Sequence record: SRR20825019_616
DNA length: 64,000 nucleotides
Strand: one strand, 5' to 3'
Shown: one piece after another, positions 20,053 to 30,097 of the stretch
How the letters are laid out: every line of letters begins with the position of its first letter
Position numbering within the stretch: the first letter of the stretch is position 1
Made by a program: the position numbers and the translations under genes
Notes under the pieces: model-generated
What the model was told of the DNA's origin: nothing
Databases searched by the model: none
What the model saw: the letters and a program-made list of their open reading frames with translations, nothing else

Positions 20053-20205
20053 ATGAAAAGAGCCGCATCACTGTACAAAGGGTGGAGAATGAAGCGTAAC
20101 TTCCTCCACCTGGTCCTGACAATGGAACCCCGTCTTCTGAAGGACGTTGGTTACCCACCTGAGCTTGTTGCACAGCGCCTGGATACACCGTTCTGGAAGT
20201 TCTGA
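20053..20205 (+). CDS. DUF1127 (YjiS-like) small protein, 50 aa, not in the ORF track
   Basis: Manual translation gives MKRAASLYKGWRMKRNFLHLVLTMEPRLLKDVGYPPELVAQRLDTPFWKF, with the LLxD(I/V)G...PFW signature. Alternative start at 20044. Confidence 0.75.
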   Translation: MKRAASLYKGWRMKRNFLHLVLTMEPRLLKDVGYPPELVAQRLDTPFWKF

Positions 20206-20224
20206 TCTGTTATAAAACAGATGA

Positions 20225-21112
20225 CTACAGAGACATCCTTAGAAACTGGATGAACTCCCTGGCACGCCTTGGCAGGTACCGCCGATCCGAATACATTGCG
20301 TAGATCGAGCGGGGTACCGGCTCCGCGCCAAGCTTTAAATGCTGAAGCGTGCCGGCTCCAAGTTCCGCGGCCACATAGTCGCGAGGCACCATTGCGATGC
20401 CCAGCCCCTCTTTTACCGCCTCGATTAACATCATGGAGTTGTCCGCAACCAGCGGACCAGCGACGCTGACAGATTTTGTCTGGCCCGAGCCAGTCGAGAG
20501 CAGAAACTCCCATCGCTTTGCATCTGAGCTCATTCTGTACATAAGGCATTGATGGGAAGGCAGATCATCGATCGTGGCGGGCACACCTGCCTCGGCCAGA
20601 TAACCTGGTGACGCCACCAGAATACGATCGAGCGACCCCAGCCGCATTGCAACAAGCGATGAGTCTTCCGGTGCTTCTATCCCCCGAATGGCCACATCAA
20701 CGCCGCTTCCAACCAGATCGGTAAGTTGGTCGCTCATCTGTAGCCGAAGGGACAGCGACGGGTGTTCTTTCTTGAACTGGAGAATTAACGGGCTGAGAAC
20801 CTTGATGGACAAGGAAACCGGGCTGGCAATAACCAACTCGCCCGACAGATCGCCGGTATCAGCAACGGAATCGAGCATTTCGCTGGTCTGCTCAATGATA
20901 GAAAGGCAATAGGTGTAGAATCGCTCGCCTTCGTCCGTAAAGCTGATCGTACGGGTATTGCGGTTGATCAGCTTCGAGCCCGTCCAGGATTCGAGGAACC
21001 GGACGTACTTGGATATAACTGCATTCGAGCACTGGAACTCGTCGGCAGCAGCCGTAAACGAGCCCAGCTCGTAAATTCGCTTGAAATACTCCACACCCTT
21101 GAGGCGGTCCAT
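20225..21112 (-). CDS. LysR family regulator (DmlR/CrgA-like)
   Basis: GSFTAAA...LE...G.KLINRNTR HTH and DVAIR. Confidence 0.93.
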   Translation of the reverse strand: MDRLKGVEYFKRIYELGSFTAAADEFQCSNAVISKYVRFLESWTGSKLINRNTRTISFTDEGERFYTYCLSIIEQTSEMLDSVADTGDLSGELVIASPVSLSIKVLSPLILQFKKEHPSLSLRLQMSDQLTDLVGSGVDVAIRGIEAPEDSSLVAMRLGSLDRILVASPGYLAEAGVPATIDDLPSHQCLMYRMSSDAKRWEFLLSTGSGQTKSVSVAGPLVADNSMMLIEAVKEGLGIAMVPRDYVAAELGAGTLQHLKLGAEPVPRSIYAMYSDRRYLPRRAREFIQFLRMSL

Positions 21113-21198
21113 GCCGGCGCTCCACATCAGATCTTGATTGATGAGGGAATTATACAGGCAAGCGCCGGTGTGTGGCTGAATACTATCGGGCCTGTTGA

Positions 21199-21831
21199 TC
21201 AGACCCTTTGAATCAGTTGGGACAGGGGTCTGCGCACCTTTGGCATGTTCGCCATCCGGTCCTCCGCCGTATCACGGTACCCCAATGCTGCAATGACCAC
21301 GCTGCTCAGATTATCCTCGTTCAATCGCAGGACGCGGTCGAGGGCGGCTGGATCAAAGCCTTCCATCGGCGAGGCATCGACACGCTCTATAGCGGCGGCG
21401 GCAAGGGTAAAGCCCAGGGCAATGTATGCCTGTTTTGCGGCCCAGACCTGTTTGTCAGCGGCCGTTTCCAAACCATTGATGGTACCTTTGATAGCGTCAG
21501 CGAACCCGTTCAGATCGGCAATCGCAACCCCTCTCTGTGTCGCCGCCAGCTCGATGTAATGATCAACCGTTGAGTCATCCAGATCCGTCTTGGTCGCAAA
21601 CACCAACAGGTGGGAGCATTCCTTGACCTGTGGTTGCGGTGCAGCGTCTTCATGGATGCGGTCAAGCAGCGAGCGGTCGCTGATGACTTTGATGGTGTAG
21701 GGTTGCAACCCATAAGAGGACGGCGCCAATCGTGTGGCCTCCAGTATTCTCTCCAGCGTGCCTTCCGGGAGAGATTTGCCATTCATGCGTTTTGTGGCGT
21801 AACGCCATTCCAGGGCTTCCAGAAAATCCAT
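21199..21831 (-). CDS. Nitroreductase / NAD(P)H-flavin oxidoreductase (NfsB-like)
   Basis: WRYATK, LAPSSYGLQP, SPMEGFD and LGYR...PKVR. Confidence 0.92.
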   Translation of the reverse strand: MDFLEALEWRYATKRMNGKSLPEGTLERILEATRLAPSSYGLQPYTIKVISDRSLLDRIHEDAAPQPQVKECSHLLVFATKTDLDDSTVDHYIELAATQRGVAIADLNGFADAIKGTINGLETAADKQVWAAKQAYIALGFTLAAAAIERVDASPMEGFDPAALDRVLRLNEDNLSSVVIAALGYRDTAEDRMANMPKVRRPLSQLIQRV

Positions 21832-21996
21832 AACAGTCTTCCTGTGTCGGTTTTGGTGGTTGGTTGACTGCTGACACTAAACGATGAGTTTCGGGGAATC
21901 GATGCGCAAATCGGCAAAGGAGTTTTCACGAAACGTGTAGTGATCCGTGGTCGCCGCATCGGGATGATAGGGCTCGCAACTAACGGAGAAAAAACC

Positions 21997-22938
21997 ATGA
22001 AACAACATGCGAGTACCGCATCTCATCAACCCGATGTAACGTCCATGCTTCTGTTGTTGGGCGTTGGCGTACTGATTGCCCTGATGCTGCCGCTTTCCAG
22101 GGCCGCCATGGACATCGGCATGACACCACTGGCGTACGCCTTCTGGCAGGCTTTGGGTGGCGGTATCCTGCTGGTTCTCTGCGGTCGCCGGGGTTCCCCG
22201 GTGCGATTCAGCAGGCCCCTGTTTCAATACTTTGGCATCAGCGGACTGACCGCCATTGCCGTACCCAATGCGCTGGCCTTCATTGTTGTTGCTAATATTG
22301 GGTCCGGCCTGACGGCGACTCTCTATGCGCTGCCATCCCTTGCCACCTACGGGATCTCCGTCATTCTGGGCATGGAAACACTGAGCAGGAAAAAGTCCAT
22401 TGGGCTGAGTCTGGGCGTTGCCGGTTGTGTCTGGATTCTGTCGCCCAATCCCGCGGGCATCAATCCGGACTCGCTGCCATGGCTGCTGTTAGGTATGTTG
22501 GTTCCGCTGTCCCTCGCTATTGGCAATGTGTATCGCACGTCTCACTGGCCGAAAGGGGCTACTCCAGAGCAGCTGGCCCCTGGAATGCTTCTCGCCGGTG
22601 CCGTACTGATTTTACTGGTGGTCGTGGTGACTGGGGGCGCACATTCGCTGCTTGTTAGCGGGATGGATCTCTGGACCATTGTGGCCGTTCAGTCTGTCCT
22701 GACTGCGATCAGTTATCGCGGCTTCTTTCACTTACAGAAGCGGACATCGCCAACGTTTCTCAGCCAACTGGGGTTCGTGATTACACCCGCTGGCCTATTG
22801 TTCGGGATCGTTTTCTTTGGTGAGTCTTATGGTTGGGCCGTGTGGGGTGGCGTGGTGCTGCTCTTGATAGGTGTTGTACTGGCAAACGGCGCCACCCGTG
22901 AACGCAAAACCTGCAACGCGGTCAGGAATCCTGGCTAA
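21997..22938 (+). CDS. DMT/EamA family transporter
   Basis: About 10 TM in two repeats. GGAG RBS before ATG 21997. Confidence 0.85.
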   Translation: MKQHASTASHQPDVTSMLLLLGVGVLIALMLPLSRAAMDIGMTPLAYAFWQALGGGILLVLCGRRGSPVRFSRPLFQYFGISGLTAIAVPNALAFIVVANIGSGLTATLYALPSLATYGISVILGMETLSRKKSIGLSLGVAGCVWILSPNPAGINPDSLPWLLLGMLVPLSLAIGNVYRTSHWPKGATPEQLAPGMLLAGAVLILLVVVVTGGAHSLLVSGMDLWTIVAVQSVLTAISYRGFFHLQKRTSPTFLSQLGFVITPAGLLFGIVFFGESYGWAVWGGVVLLLIGVVLANGATRERKTCNAVRNPG

Positions 22939-24142
22939 GCGCAACGTCGTCGACACGCTCTGGGCCGGACTTCTGACGCCATGCCAACAGAAATATCGCG
23001 AGCCCGGCAACGGCGGTTGTGGCACCAACATACCCTGTGGACTGCCATCCAAGGCCGGCACTGATAGCCATCCCGCCCAGCCAGGGTCCAAGAGCATTGG
23101 CCACGTTGAACGCTGCGTGGTGAGAGGCGGCGGCCAGTGTCTGGGCACCGTGCGCCACGTCCATCAGGTGGGTTTGCAGCGCGGGCCCAAGGCCAACCAT
23201 CAAGGCGACCAGGAAGCACATCACCAGCATGGTCCAGATGGTTTCTGTGGCGTAGGGATACAGAAGCAGCATGCTGATGCTCCACAACAACATCCAGCCA
23301 ACGCTGCGGAACTGGAGGCGATCAAACAGCCAACCTCCGAGGATGTTGCCAACGAATCCTCCGAGCCCGAAGACCGCGAGTGCGATTGGAATCCAGAAGG
23401 GATTGACCCCGGTGACTTCCAACAATGTTGGAGCCATATAGCTGAATACACAAAACATGCCGGCAAACCCGATGGAGCCGATGGCGAGCGGATACCAGAT
23501 TTCCGGGCGATTGAACGCCCGGATCTCCGAGAATGGGCTTTGCCGTTCCTCTTGTCGATTGAGGGGCAGGAAAAGAACAATCATCAATCCGGTAAGGGCT
23601 GCGATAGCACCCACAAACCCAAAGGCATACCGCCAATCCAGATGTTGCCCAAGAATGGTTGCCAGTGGGTTTCCGATCAACAGCGCGAGGGTAAGCCCCA
23701 TCATGACCAGGCTCACGACCTTGGCGCGTTTGTTAAAAGGTACGAGTGAGGCGGCAACCAGGGCGGCAACACCGAAATAGGCGCCATGGGGGAGGCCGGC
23801 GATGAACCGGAACACCAGAAGTGATCCGTACCCCGGCGCCAGGGCACTGGCAATATTTCCCAGCGCGTAGAACGACATCAACAGGATCAGCAGGTGCCGC
23901 CGATAAAGCCTGGCACCGCCAATGGCCAGGAGCGGCGCTCCCACGACAACGCCCAGCGCGTACGCACTGATCAAGTGGCCGACCTGTGGTTCCGTAACCC
24001 CCAGATCCGCGGCAACGCCGGGCATCAGCCCCATGATGGCAAACTCTCCCGTACCTATCCCAAACCCGCCCATGGCGAGTGAGAATATGATCAGTGTAAT
24101 CCTGGCGGGAGAGTAGGGAGCTTCCTGCAATTGAGAGGGCAT
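22922..24142 (-). CDS. MFS transporter (AraJ/YdhP-like DHA1)
   Basis: GTGEFAIMGL, ISAYALGVVVGAP, RF.AGLPHGAYFG and AFN.ANALG. Confidence 0.92.
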   Translation of the reverse strand: MPSQLQEAPYSPARITLIIFSLAMGGFGIGTGEFAIMGLMPGVAADLGVTEPQVGHLISAYALGVVVGAPLLAIGGARLYRRHLLILLMSFYALGNIASALAPGYGSLLVFRFIAGLPHGAYFGVAALVAASLVPFNKRAKVVSLVMMGLTLALLIGNPLATILGQHLDWRYAFGFVGAIAALTGLMIVLFLPLNRQEERQSPFSEIRAFNRPEIWYPLAIGSIGFAGMFCVFSYMAPTLLEVTGVNPFWIPIALAVFGLGGFVGNILGGWLFDRLQFRSVGWMLLWSISMLLLYPYATETIWTMLVMCFLVALMVGLGPALQTHLMDVAHGAQTLAAASHHAAFNVANALGPWLGGMAISAGLGWQSTGYVGATTAVAGLAIFLLAWRQKSGPERVDDVALSQDS

Positions 24143-24234
24143 GGGGTGGTTGGCCTTGGCTGCAAGTCAGTAAATTTGAAACAAGGCCGCCCAGTGTGAG
24201 CTAATCCAACGCATTTCGGAATACGCGTATGTCC

Positions 24235-25155
24235 TCAGATCAGCCAGCCGAAGAGGAAGTCGAATAACGAGCTGAAAAAACCGCCACTGCTTTTCGCGAC
24301 AGTGGTGGATTCCGAAGTGTTGTCTGAGGTCGAACTCGTTGCCTGCGATGACTCCGAAATCTCCGGATTGCCAGAAGCCGTCGGTTCTTCTGGCAACTGG
24401 TAGTCAACATCCGTTGATGTCTCTTCGGTCGCCTCGGAAGGCACATTGAGAGCCACGGAAGGTTCTGCATCAACGGTTGAGAGCTCTTCGACCGTTGATG
24501 TCTCTTCAACAATTGAGGGCTCGTCAATGGTTTGGGGCTTCTCCATGGCTGAGGGCTCTTCAACAGCCGCAACTGCAACGGGTTCGGTTTCAGGTTCCTC
24601 TGCGATTTGAGGTTTAGGCTTTGAATCTTGAGCTAATTCCGTTTCGGGCTGAATCACAGGCTTATCGTTTGTTGCTACGATGCTCTCCGGAGCAGGTGCT
24701 GATTCTTCTTCCAAGGCTGGCGCTTCAGTCGATACTGGCACTGGCTCCGGCTTAACCTCCGGTTCAGGCGCAGCCGCAATGGGTTGTTTTGCACTGGGTG
24801 ACCCGAAACGCTGCTTGCTGATTCCCGCGTCAGCCATTGCCCCCTCACGGCTTCGCGCGCTGTTGCCAGTCACGGCATCGCCATCCTTAACGGCGATTCC
24901 CAGGGCAGACAACGTTTGTGGGTCCAGATCGCCAGTGGCCTGCAACCCCTCTCGACCGGATTGATACTTCCGGATGGCCGAGCGCAGGGTGTCGTCCATC
25001 CACCCATCGGCCTTGCCAATATCATAGCCAGCACCGTAGAGGGCATTTTCAGCAGCAAAGATGGTGTCGGCAGGATCGGCCTGAGCGACTGCACAAAAGG
25101 ACACCGTCAGCGCCGCAAGAAAGCCGGGCATCCTGGTAAAACGTGAATGGCTCAT
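24235..25155 (-). CDS. Exported peptidoglycan-binding domain protein with acidic linker
   Basis: Signal peptide, PG_binding_1 pattern (GYD.G.ADG......AIRKYQ...GL.ATG.LD..TL.AL), Glu/Pro/Ser/Thr-rich linker and aromatic C-terminus. Confidence 0.85.
   Translation of the reverse strand: MSHSRFTRMPGFLAALTVSFCAVAQADPADTIFAAENALYGAGYDIGKADGWMDDTLRSAIRKYQSGREGLQATGDLDPQTLSALGIAVKDGDAVTGNSARSREGAMADAGISKQRFGSPSAKQPIAAAPEPEVKPEPVPVSTEAPALEEESAPAPESIVATNDKPVIQPETELAQDSKPKPQIAEEPETEPVAVAAVEEPSAMEKPQTIDEPSIVEETSTVEELSTVDAEPSVALNVPSEATEETSTDVDYQLPEEPTASGNPEISESSQATSSTSDNTSESTTVAKSSGGFFSSLFDFLFGWLI
24411..24507. repeat. 16-bp exact direct repeat CCGTTGATGTCTCTTC within the PG-binding gene
   Basis: Copies at 24411-24426 and 24492-24507 encode the repeated EETST peptide. 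Confidence 0.7.
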
Positions 25156-25265
25156 GGGTGAATCTCTCCCTGATACGCTGTATTTATAGCTATTGTTTGA
25201 GTATTGAAAGTATCAGTAATTGAACATGTCGCCCATGACGCAGTTAACACAAGCGGAAAAGGGTC

Positions 25266-27269
25266 CTAGTTTGACGTTTTAAAGCGACGCACCAGGCCGT
25301 TAAGGTCTTCCGCCATCTCCGCCAGGGAATTGCTGGATTGGTTAACGTGGGCAATATCGTCGGTGAGCTTGTCGATGGCACTACTACTGGCCTCCACGTT
25401 CTGAGTCATCTCAGCAGCGGTCGCCCGCTGTTGCTCAGTGGCACTTGCAACCTGCGTTGTCATATCCACAATCCGGTTTACGGCCGCCATGATTTCTGAC
25501 AGGGCAGCGCCAGACTTGCCGGCTTCTTCACTGGCTTCAGAGGCCATCTGTTTGGCCTTGCTCATATCAACCACCGCGCCGGCGGCACCGCTTTGCAGAT
25601 TCGAGACGATTCGCTCGATATCGACCGTTGAATCCTGAACCCGCTTGGCAAGCCCCCGGACCTCATCAGCAACCACCGAAAACCCACGGCCTGCGTCTCC
25701 CGCACGTGCTGCTTCGATGGCGGCATTGAGGGCGAGGAGGTTGGTTTGTTCTGCGATAGCCTGAATAACGTCCAGTACGTTACCGATCTCACCGGATTCC
25801 TGCTCAAGCCGTTGGATGCGCTTTGACCCTGCCTCGACCTGTTCTGCGAGTCGGGAAACGGATTTAACTGCGGTCGACACCGTTTCCTGGCCGGTTCCTG
25901 CCAGCTCGGCGGCCTGGCGTGCGGATTCATCTGTGTCACTGGTGTTGGACGCAATTTCGTCGGAGGTGGAGACCATTTCCTGCATCGCCGCCGAAACTTG
26001 AGTCACCTGGTCCCGTTGTTGTTCGGCATTGGCAGTGGTGCTGTTTGTAATGCCAGACAATGACTCAGATTCCGTACTGAGACGCCGGGACGACGCGACA
26101 ATCCGGGAAATGATGTCTTCCAGGGTTTCCAGGAAGGCATTGACCGCTGAGATGAAATCGCCAATTTCGTCAGGGCGGCCCTTGGTCAGCCGGGTAGAAA
26201 CGTCGCCTTCGTTATTTCCAATGTTTTCCAGGTAACCCAGAATTTCTGACCGGGCACGCTTGACGCTGTTACCCATCATACGGCTCATCAGCAGGGCGAC
26301 CACCAGGCCCAGAACGACAGACGCAACGAATGCGGCGAGTGTCAGGTTGAGTGCCGTCTCGGTCTCTGCTTCCGCTTCGTCGGCCACGGTTTCGAGGGAG
26401 GCAAAAACCTCTTTCTCAAGATTCCTCGCCATGTCAGTGATTTGGGGGCCGAGTACGTCAAGCCTGTCTTCCTTTGTTCGGATCATCGCCTTTTGCTGAA
26501 CCAGCAGCTCGTTGACCGAAGCCTGGTATTTCTCGAGTGCCGCTATCGCGGTATCGAAATACTGCCTGACGTAGTCGGGGACCGAATCCATGTCCAGAAA
26601 CTCGAGCGCATCGGAAATATCCTCCATGGCATAACCCAATGCAGTTTCCGAGGATTCGTCGCCATCGGCAAAGAAGCGCTGTGAGGCCATTCGCATCATG
26701 AGGGTATCGTGAATCAGCTGTTCCAGAACGACGCGCAACCGGCTATCCGGTTCTCTGTTGGTAACGCCATCAATGGCCCGGCGCAGTGCCTCTGATGCTG
26801 TGGGGCCGTATTGGTCCAGTTCGTCGGCAATGATATTTTTTACTTGCTGCTTGGCGGGCACCAGTTCGCTTTTGAAGACATTCGCGTACTGCAATGTCGC
26901 CTCTTCGATCTCTGCAACCAGTTGCACACGGTCGGCACTTTTGATCGTCTGTTGCGCTGCCGACAACTCCCTGAAGAAATCTGTCTCCAACTGCTCGAAG
27001 CGGGCCAGGATGTCTTCGTTACCGGTGGCGTAGTAGTCGAAGACTCTCAGTCTCATGGTGTAAAGGTTGATAAGCACACCGGTCGCAACGGCGGTTTCCG
27101 GTGCCAGATCCCTTGCCACCGTATCCATTCGCGCATCAAGGCTCTGAAATTCCCGGATGCTGTAAAAGGTGACGAGGGCGAACAAAAGCAGAATGAAAAC
27201 AGGTGCTATCAGGAGTTTTCCGCTTACACCAAGCCGGCGTTCAATGAATTCTAGTTTTTCTACAGCCAC
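25266..27269 (-). CDS. Methyl-accepting chemotaxis protein
   Basis: Two TMs flanking a large helical periplasmic domain, HAMP, and [31 protein letters not shown]. Confidence 0.96.
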   Translation of the reverse strand: MAVEKLEFIERRLGVSGKLLIAPVFILLLFALVTFYSIREFQSLDARMDTVARDLAPETAVATGVLINLYTMRLRVFDYYATGNEDILARFEQLETDFFRELSAAQQTIKSADRVQLVAEIEEATLQYANVFKSELVPAKQQVKNIIADELDQYGPTASEALRRAIDGVTNREPDSRLRVVLEQLIHDTLMMRMASQRFFADGDESSETALGYAMEDISDALEFLDMDSVPDYVRQYFDTAIAALEKYQASVNELLVQQKAMIRTKEDRLDVLGPQITDMARNLEKEVFASLETVADEAEAETETALNLTLAAFVASVVLGLVVALLMSRMMGNSVKRARSEILGYLENIGNNEGDVSTRLTKGRPDEIGDFISAVNAFLETLEDIISRIVASSRRLSTESESLSGITNSTTANAEQQRDQVTQVSAAMQEMVSTSDEIASNTSDTDESARQAAELAGTGQETVSTAVKSVSRLAEQVEAGSKRIQRLEQESGEIGNVLDVIQAIAEQTNLLALNAAIEAARAGDAGRGFSVVADEVRGLAKRVQDSTVDIERIVSNLQSGAAGAVVDMSKAKQMASEASEEAGKSGAALSEIMAAVNRIVDMTTQVASATEQQRATAAEMTQNVEASSSAIDKLTDDIAHVNQSSNSLAEMAEDLNGLVRRFKTSN

Positions 27270-27311
27270 TGGTCTGCCCCTCTATGCGTGTATGCGTGCG
27301 AGATCTCTTGG

Positions 27312-27338
27312 TTAACGGCTGTTCCGGCATAATCTGGA
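27312..27338 (-). promoter_or_regulatory. Putative sigma28 (FliA) promoter of the MCP gene
   Basis: TCCAG-N14-GCCGTTAA on the minus strand, close to TCAAG-N14-GCCGATAA, 43 nt upstream of the MCP start. Confidence 0.6.
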
Positions 27339-27352
27339 GCCGCCCAACCAAT

Positions 27353-28318
27353 TTATTCAACGAAGTTTGCTTGGGTCGCAATCATGGGGGAAAGCTCCAG
27401 GTTCCAATGAGCCATGCCGCTTCGGCTATAGATGTAGTGCCCGCTCAGGGAGTTCATTTTAGGAATGCGGGCGGGCTTGACACCATTAAGGATGAGGGAT
27501 GCCAAGCGGGCGGCAGTAATGCCCTCCTGGTGAGCCGAAATGGTGAAGCCGCCAATGGCTTGCTGCTTACCAATGTTGATATCCCAAAAGGAAAAGATGG
27601 GAACCCGGCTTTGATTGAATGCTCTGGTAATGAGTTCGTCCGGTGCGATGTAGGTGCCCTCTGAATCCCGGATGGTGTGGTGGGTGCCAACGATGATTGC
27701 ATCGTACAGTTCGTGAGCCCGAACAACCGACTGCAACCAGGTGTCTTTGTCGTTGGTAAGGACGATGTCCAGTTTGGAGCCATATATTTCGGCACTTCTC
27801 TTGTCGCCGAAGTATTCATTGACTGCGTTTCGCATGGTGGGTGAGTCGTCCATTAATACAAGAAAGTGTTTATCCACTTTCAATACTTTCTGAAGATGAC
27901 GGATGCTCTCCTCAAAAAATGGCCGTTCCAGCAAACCGGCGACCAGATCGTGTTCCAGGGTAGGGTGCTGCGCGGGACCGCCGTTGACACCCAGGAATAC
28001 AACCGGAATCTTCCGCTCAACCAAGTGGTTGGCCATGAGGGAGAATGCGTTGTCGTCTCCCAGAATGGCAATGTCAGGCTGGATCTCGGTAATGGATTGC
28101 TGGAGGCTGGCTACTTTTTGGGGCCATTCTGATTTCGGCAATCTTTTAGTGTCGAGGGCAAGCACGTGAATGTCGTGGTCGTCGCCCAGCACTGATTGGA
28201 CGGCGGCGATGTAATCAGCGTCCCATTTATAGCCTTGATGATAGCTCTCGATAATCACCACAGTTTTGCTGAAACACAGGGGGCTTACTAGCAGAAGAGC
28301 CAGGAGGAGCGTACGCAT
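27353..28318 (-). CDS. Exported ABC-type substrate-binding-like protein with no adjacent permease
   Basis: Signal peptide, ESYH..Y.W, LGDDNA, P.VFLGVN and GG......G..AA..A..IL.G..P..IP. Confidence 0.8.
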   Translation of the reverse strand: MRTLLLALLLVSPLCFSKTVVIIESYHQGYKWDADYIAAVQSVLGDDHDIHVLALDTKRLPKSEWPQKVASLQQSITEIQPDIAILGDDNAFSLMANHLVERKIPVVFLGVNGGPAQHPTLEHDLVAGLLERPFFEESIRHLQKVLKVDKHFLVLMDDSPTMRNAVNEYFGDKRSAEIYGSKLDIVLTNDKDTWLQSVVRAHELYDAIIVGTHHTIRDSEGTYIAPDELITRAFNQSRVPIFSFWDINIGKQQAIGGFTISAHQEGITAARLASLILNGVKPARIPKMNSLSGHYIYSRSGMAHWNLELSPMIATQANFVE

Positions 28319-28406
28319 TGGGTGTTCCTTATTATTGTCCGAGTGAAGTCTGCACCCGTTCTTTCTTGTTGAAAGCGCTTGTTTTTATCGTTATTCCGTT
28401 GAACCA

Positions 28407-28441
28407 AACAGGAACCGTGCCAGCTTTCTAAGTTATTGTTT
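28407..28441 (-). promoter_or_regulatory. Putative sigma54 -24/-12 element with adjacent IHF-like site
   Basis: Minus strand CTGGCACGGTTCCTGTT (-12 is GT rather than GC) at 28423-28407. AAACAATAACTTA at 28441-28429 is one mismatch from WATCAA-N4-TTR. Confidence 0.5.
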
Positions 28442-28494
28442 TATAGAAGCATTTGCGAATGGGTAGGCGTTGGGATTGGGAACATCGGCTCTGA

Positions 28495-28577
28495 GTGTCT
28501 GGTTTTAGCGACACAATGTTCAGAATGGGGATAAAGCTGTCTGATTTATCGGACAGTGCTGTCCTGATATCCGGACT
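28495..28577. promoter_or_regulatory. Three TGTC-N10-GAC(A/T) palindromes, candidate enhancer (UAS) sites
   Basis: Located at 28496-28513, 28538-28555 and 28560-28577. Start-to-start spacing is 42 and 22 nt. Confidence 0.55.
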
Positions 28578-28609
28578 TCGGTAGGGTAAGTTGGGACGGT
28601 CTCCGTGGC

Positions 28610-29872
28610 TCAGGCGTCTGTTTCGAACGTCGAGGCTCGGCGGGATGCCCAGGCGAACCCCAGTAATCCGACAATTGGGCCGGGAACCAGCAGCCAGGCC
28701 GCGTCCAGACCGATACGATCGAACAGCGCGGTGGTTGCAGCGATCGATACCACGGTAATCGCAAAGCCGATGGAATTTTGAATCGCCAGCGCGGCACCAA
28801 CTACTTCCTTTGGGCAAGCTTGCGCGGACAGGGCGGAGAACTGGGGAGAATCCGCAATCACGGTCGCGCCCCAGGCGAGTAGGAGTATTCCCAACCACAT
28901 GGCAGGCAAGTCACGCCAGAAGAGAGCAAACACCACTGCGCAAACACAAGAGGAGGCCAGTGCACCGACCGCAACTTTTGCACTCCCAATACGACGTGAC
29001 AGGAATCCCCCAACAAGACACCCCAAAGCGCCGATGCCAATGATACTGAACGCCATACCCGATAATCCGACGGCCGAGTATTCACTGATGAGTGCCGTAT
29101 TGGCCACAAGCAGTGGTACGACCGTCCAGAACGCGTAAAGCTCCCACATATGCCCGAAATAGCCCAGGGCTGCAGCACGAAATCGATTGACCTTGAAGGC
29201 GTCAAAGACCGTCAGCGGTCGCTCGGAGCCGGTGCCCGATGATTGTTTTTTCTGGCCTGCACCTGGTAAATGAGGGCCATCTCCAAGCAGATGGATAAGA
29301 ACGGCGCCAAATAGCGCAAGTAGCGATGATGCCAGGATGACGTACTGCCATGGCAGGTCCGCACCGGCTTCTCGCAATGCATGGGGCAGTGCGGTGCCGA
29401 GCGTCAGCATGGCGACAAGCTGGGCGAGGGCCTGCCCGGTCCGCTCGGGAGCCCAGCTGACGATCAACTTCATGCCCACGGGGTAGATGCCCGCCAAACT
29501 CAGGCCAACCAGGAAGCGGAACACAATGCCACTGGCCAGACCCTCCGAAAACCAGGCGAAGCAGGCATTGAACAAAGCACCGCAAGCCGCACTCACCACA
29601 AAAATAAGACTGGCACGATACCGCTCTGCCAGGCCTCCCAAAGCCATGATCATTGTGCCCAGGATAAAGCCGCCCTGAACTGCGTTGGTCAGCCAGCCAA
29701 TATCAGCAGCACTGATTTGCCAACTGGTCATCAGGGTATCCGTAGCACTATTGGCGCTGAACCACAGCGATGTTCCGAACAGTTGGGCGAGGGCGATTGT
29801 CGCAACGGGGCCAAGCCTGCGCAAAAACCTTGAAGGGATGGGGGTAGCCCCCTCAAATTGTCCAGACGTCAT
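28610..29872 (-). CDS. MFS transporter
   Basis: SLWFS, YPVGMKLI.SW, GYFGHMWELYAFW and ADSPQFS. About 12 TM. Confidence 0.9.
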   Translation of the reverse strand: MTSGQFEGATPIPSRFLRRLGPVATIALAQLFGTSLWFSANSATDTLMTSWQISAADIGWLTNAVQGGFILGTMIMALGGLAERYRASLIFVVSAACGALFNACFAWFSEGLASGIVFRFLVGLSLAGIYPVGMKLIVSWAPERTGQALAQLVAMLTLGTALPHALREAGADLPWQYVILASSLLALFGAVLIHLLGDGPHLPGAGQKKQSSGTGSERPLTVFDAFKVNRFRAAALGYFGHMWELYAFWTVVPLLVANTALISEYSAVGLSGMAFSIIGIGALGCLVGGFLSRRIGSAKVAVGALASSCVCAVVFALFWRDLPAMWLGILLLAWGATVIADSPQFSALSAQACPKEVVGAALAIQNSIGFAITVVSIAATTALFDRIGLDAAWLLVPGPIVGLLGFAWASRRASTFETDA

Positions 29873-30097
29873 AAATGCGCTCCATATCCGTCGCGGCCAT
29901 CAGTGTAGACTGACCGGCTGGCACAGTATACTGATGCACTATTCGGCATTTGGCGTAGAAACTGGGCGCCAGATGAAGTGCCCAGATGGAAAAACAGGAA
30001 TGTGGCAGGTTTTCAGTGTTCGATGGAAGCGTGGTACCTTCGGGCAAGCAAACTTTATCGTTGGATATCAGAAAACTAAAGCGGGTGGATAGACTCT

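Noticed and set aside
22871-23749. 292-aa ORF antisense to the MFS gene
   Set aside because: Shadow frame with composition typical of an antisense TM gene.
24368-24396. 10-bp inverted repeat TTGCCAGAAG/CTTCTGGCAA
   Set aside because: Inside a coding low-complexity region and plausibly chance.
29918-29935. TGGCAC upstream of mqo as a sigma54 site
   Set aside because: No TTGC-like -12 at the required spacing.
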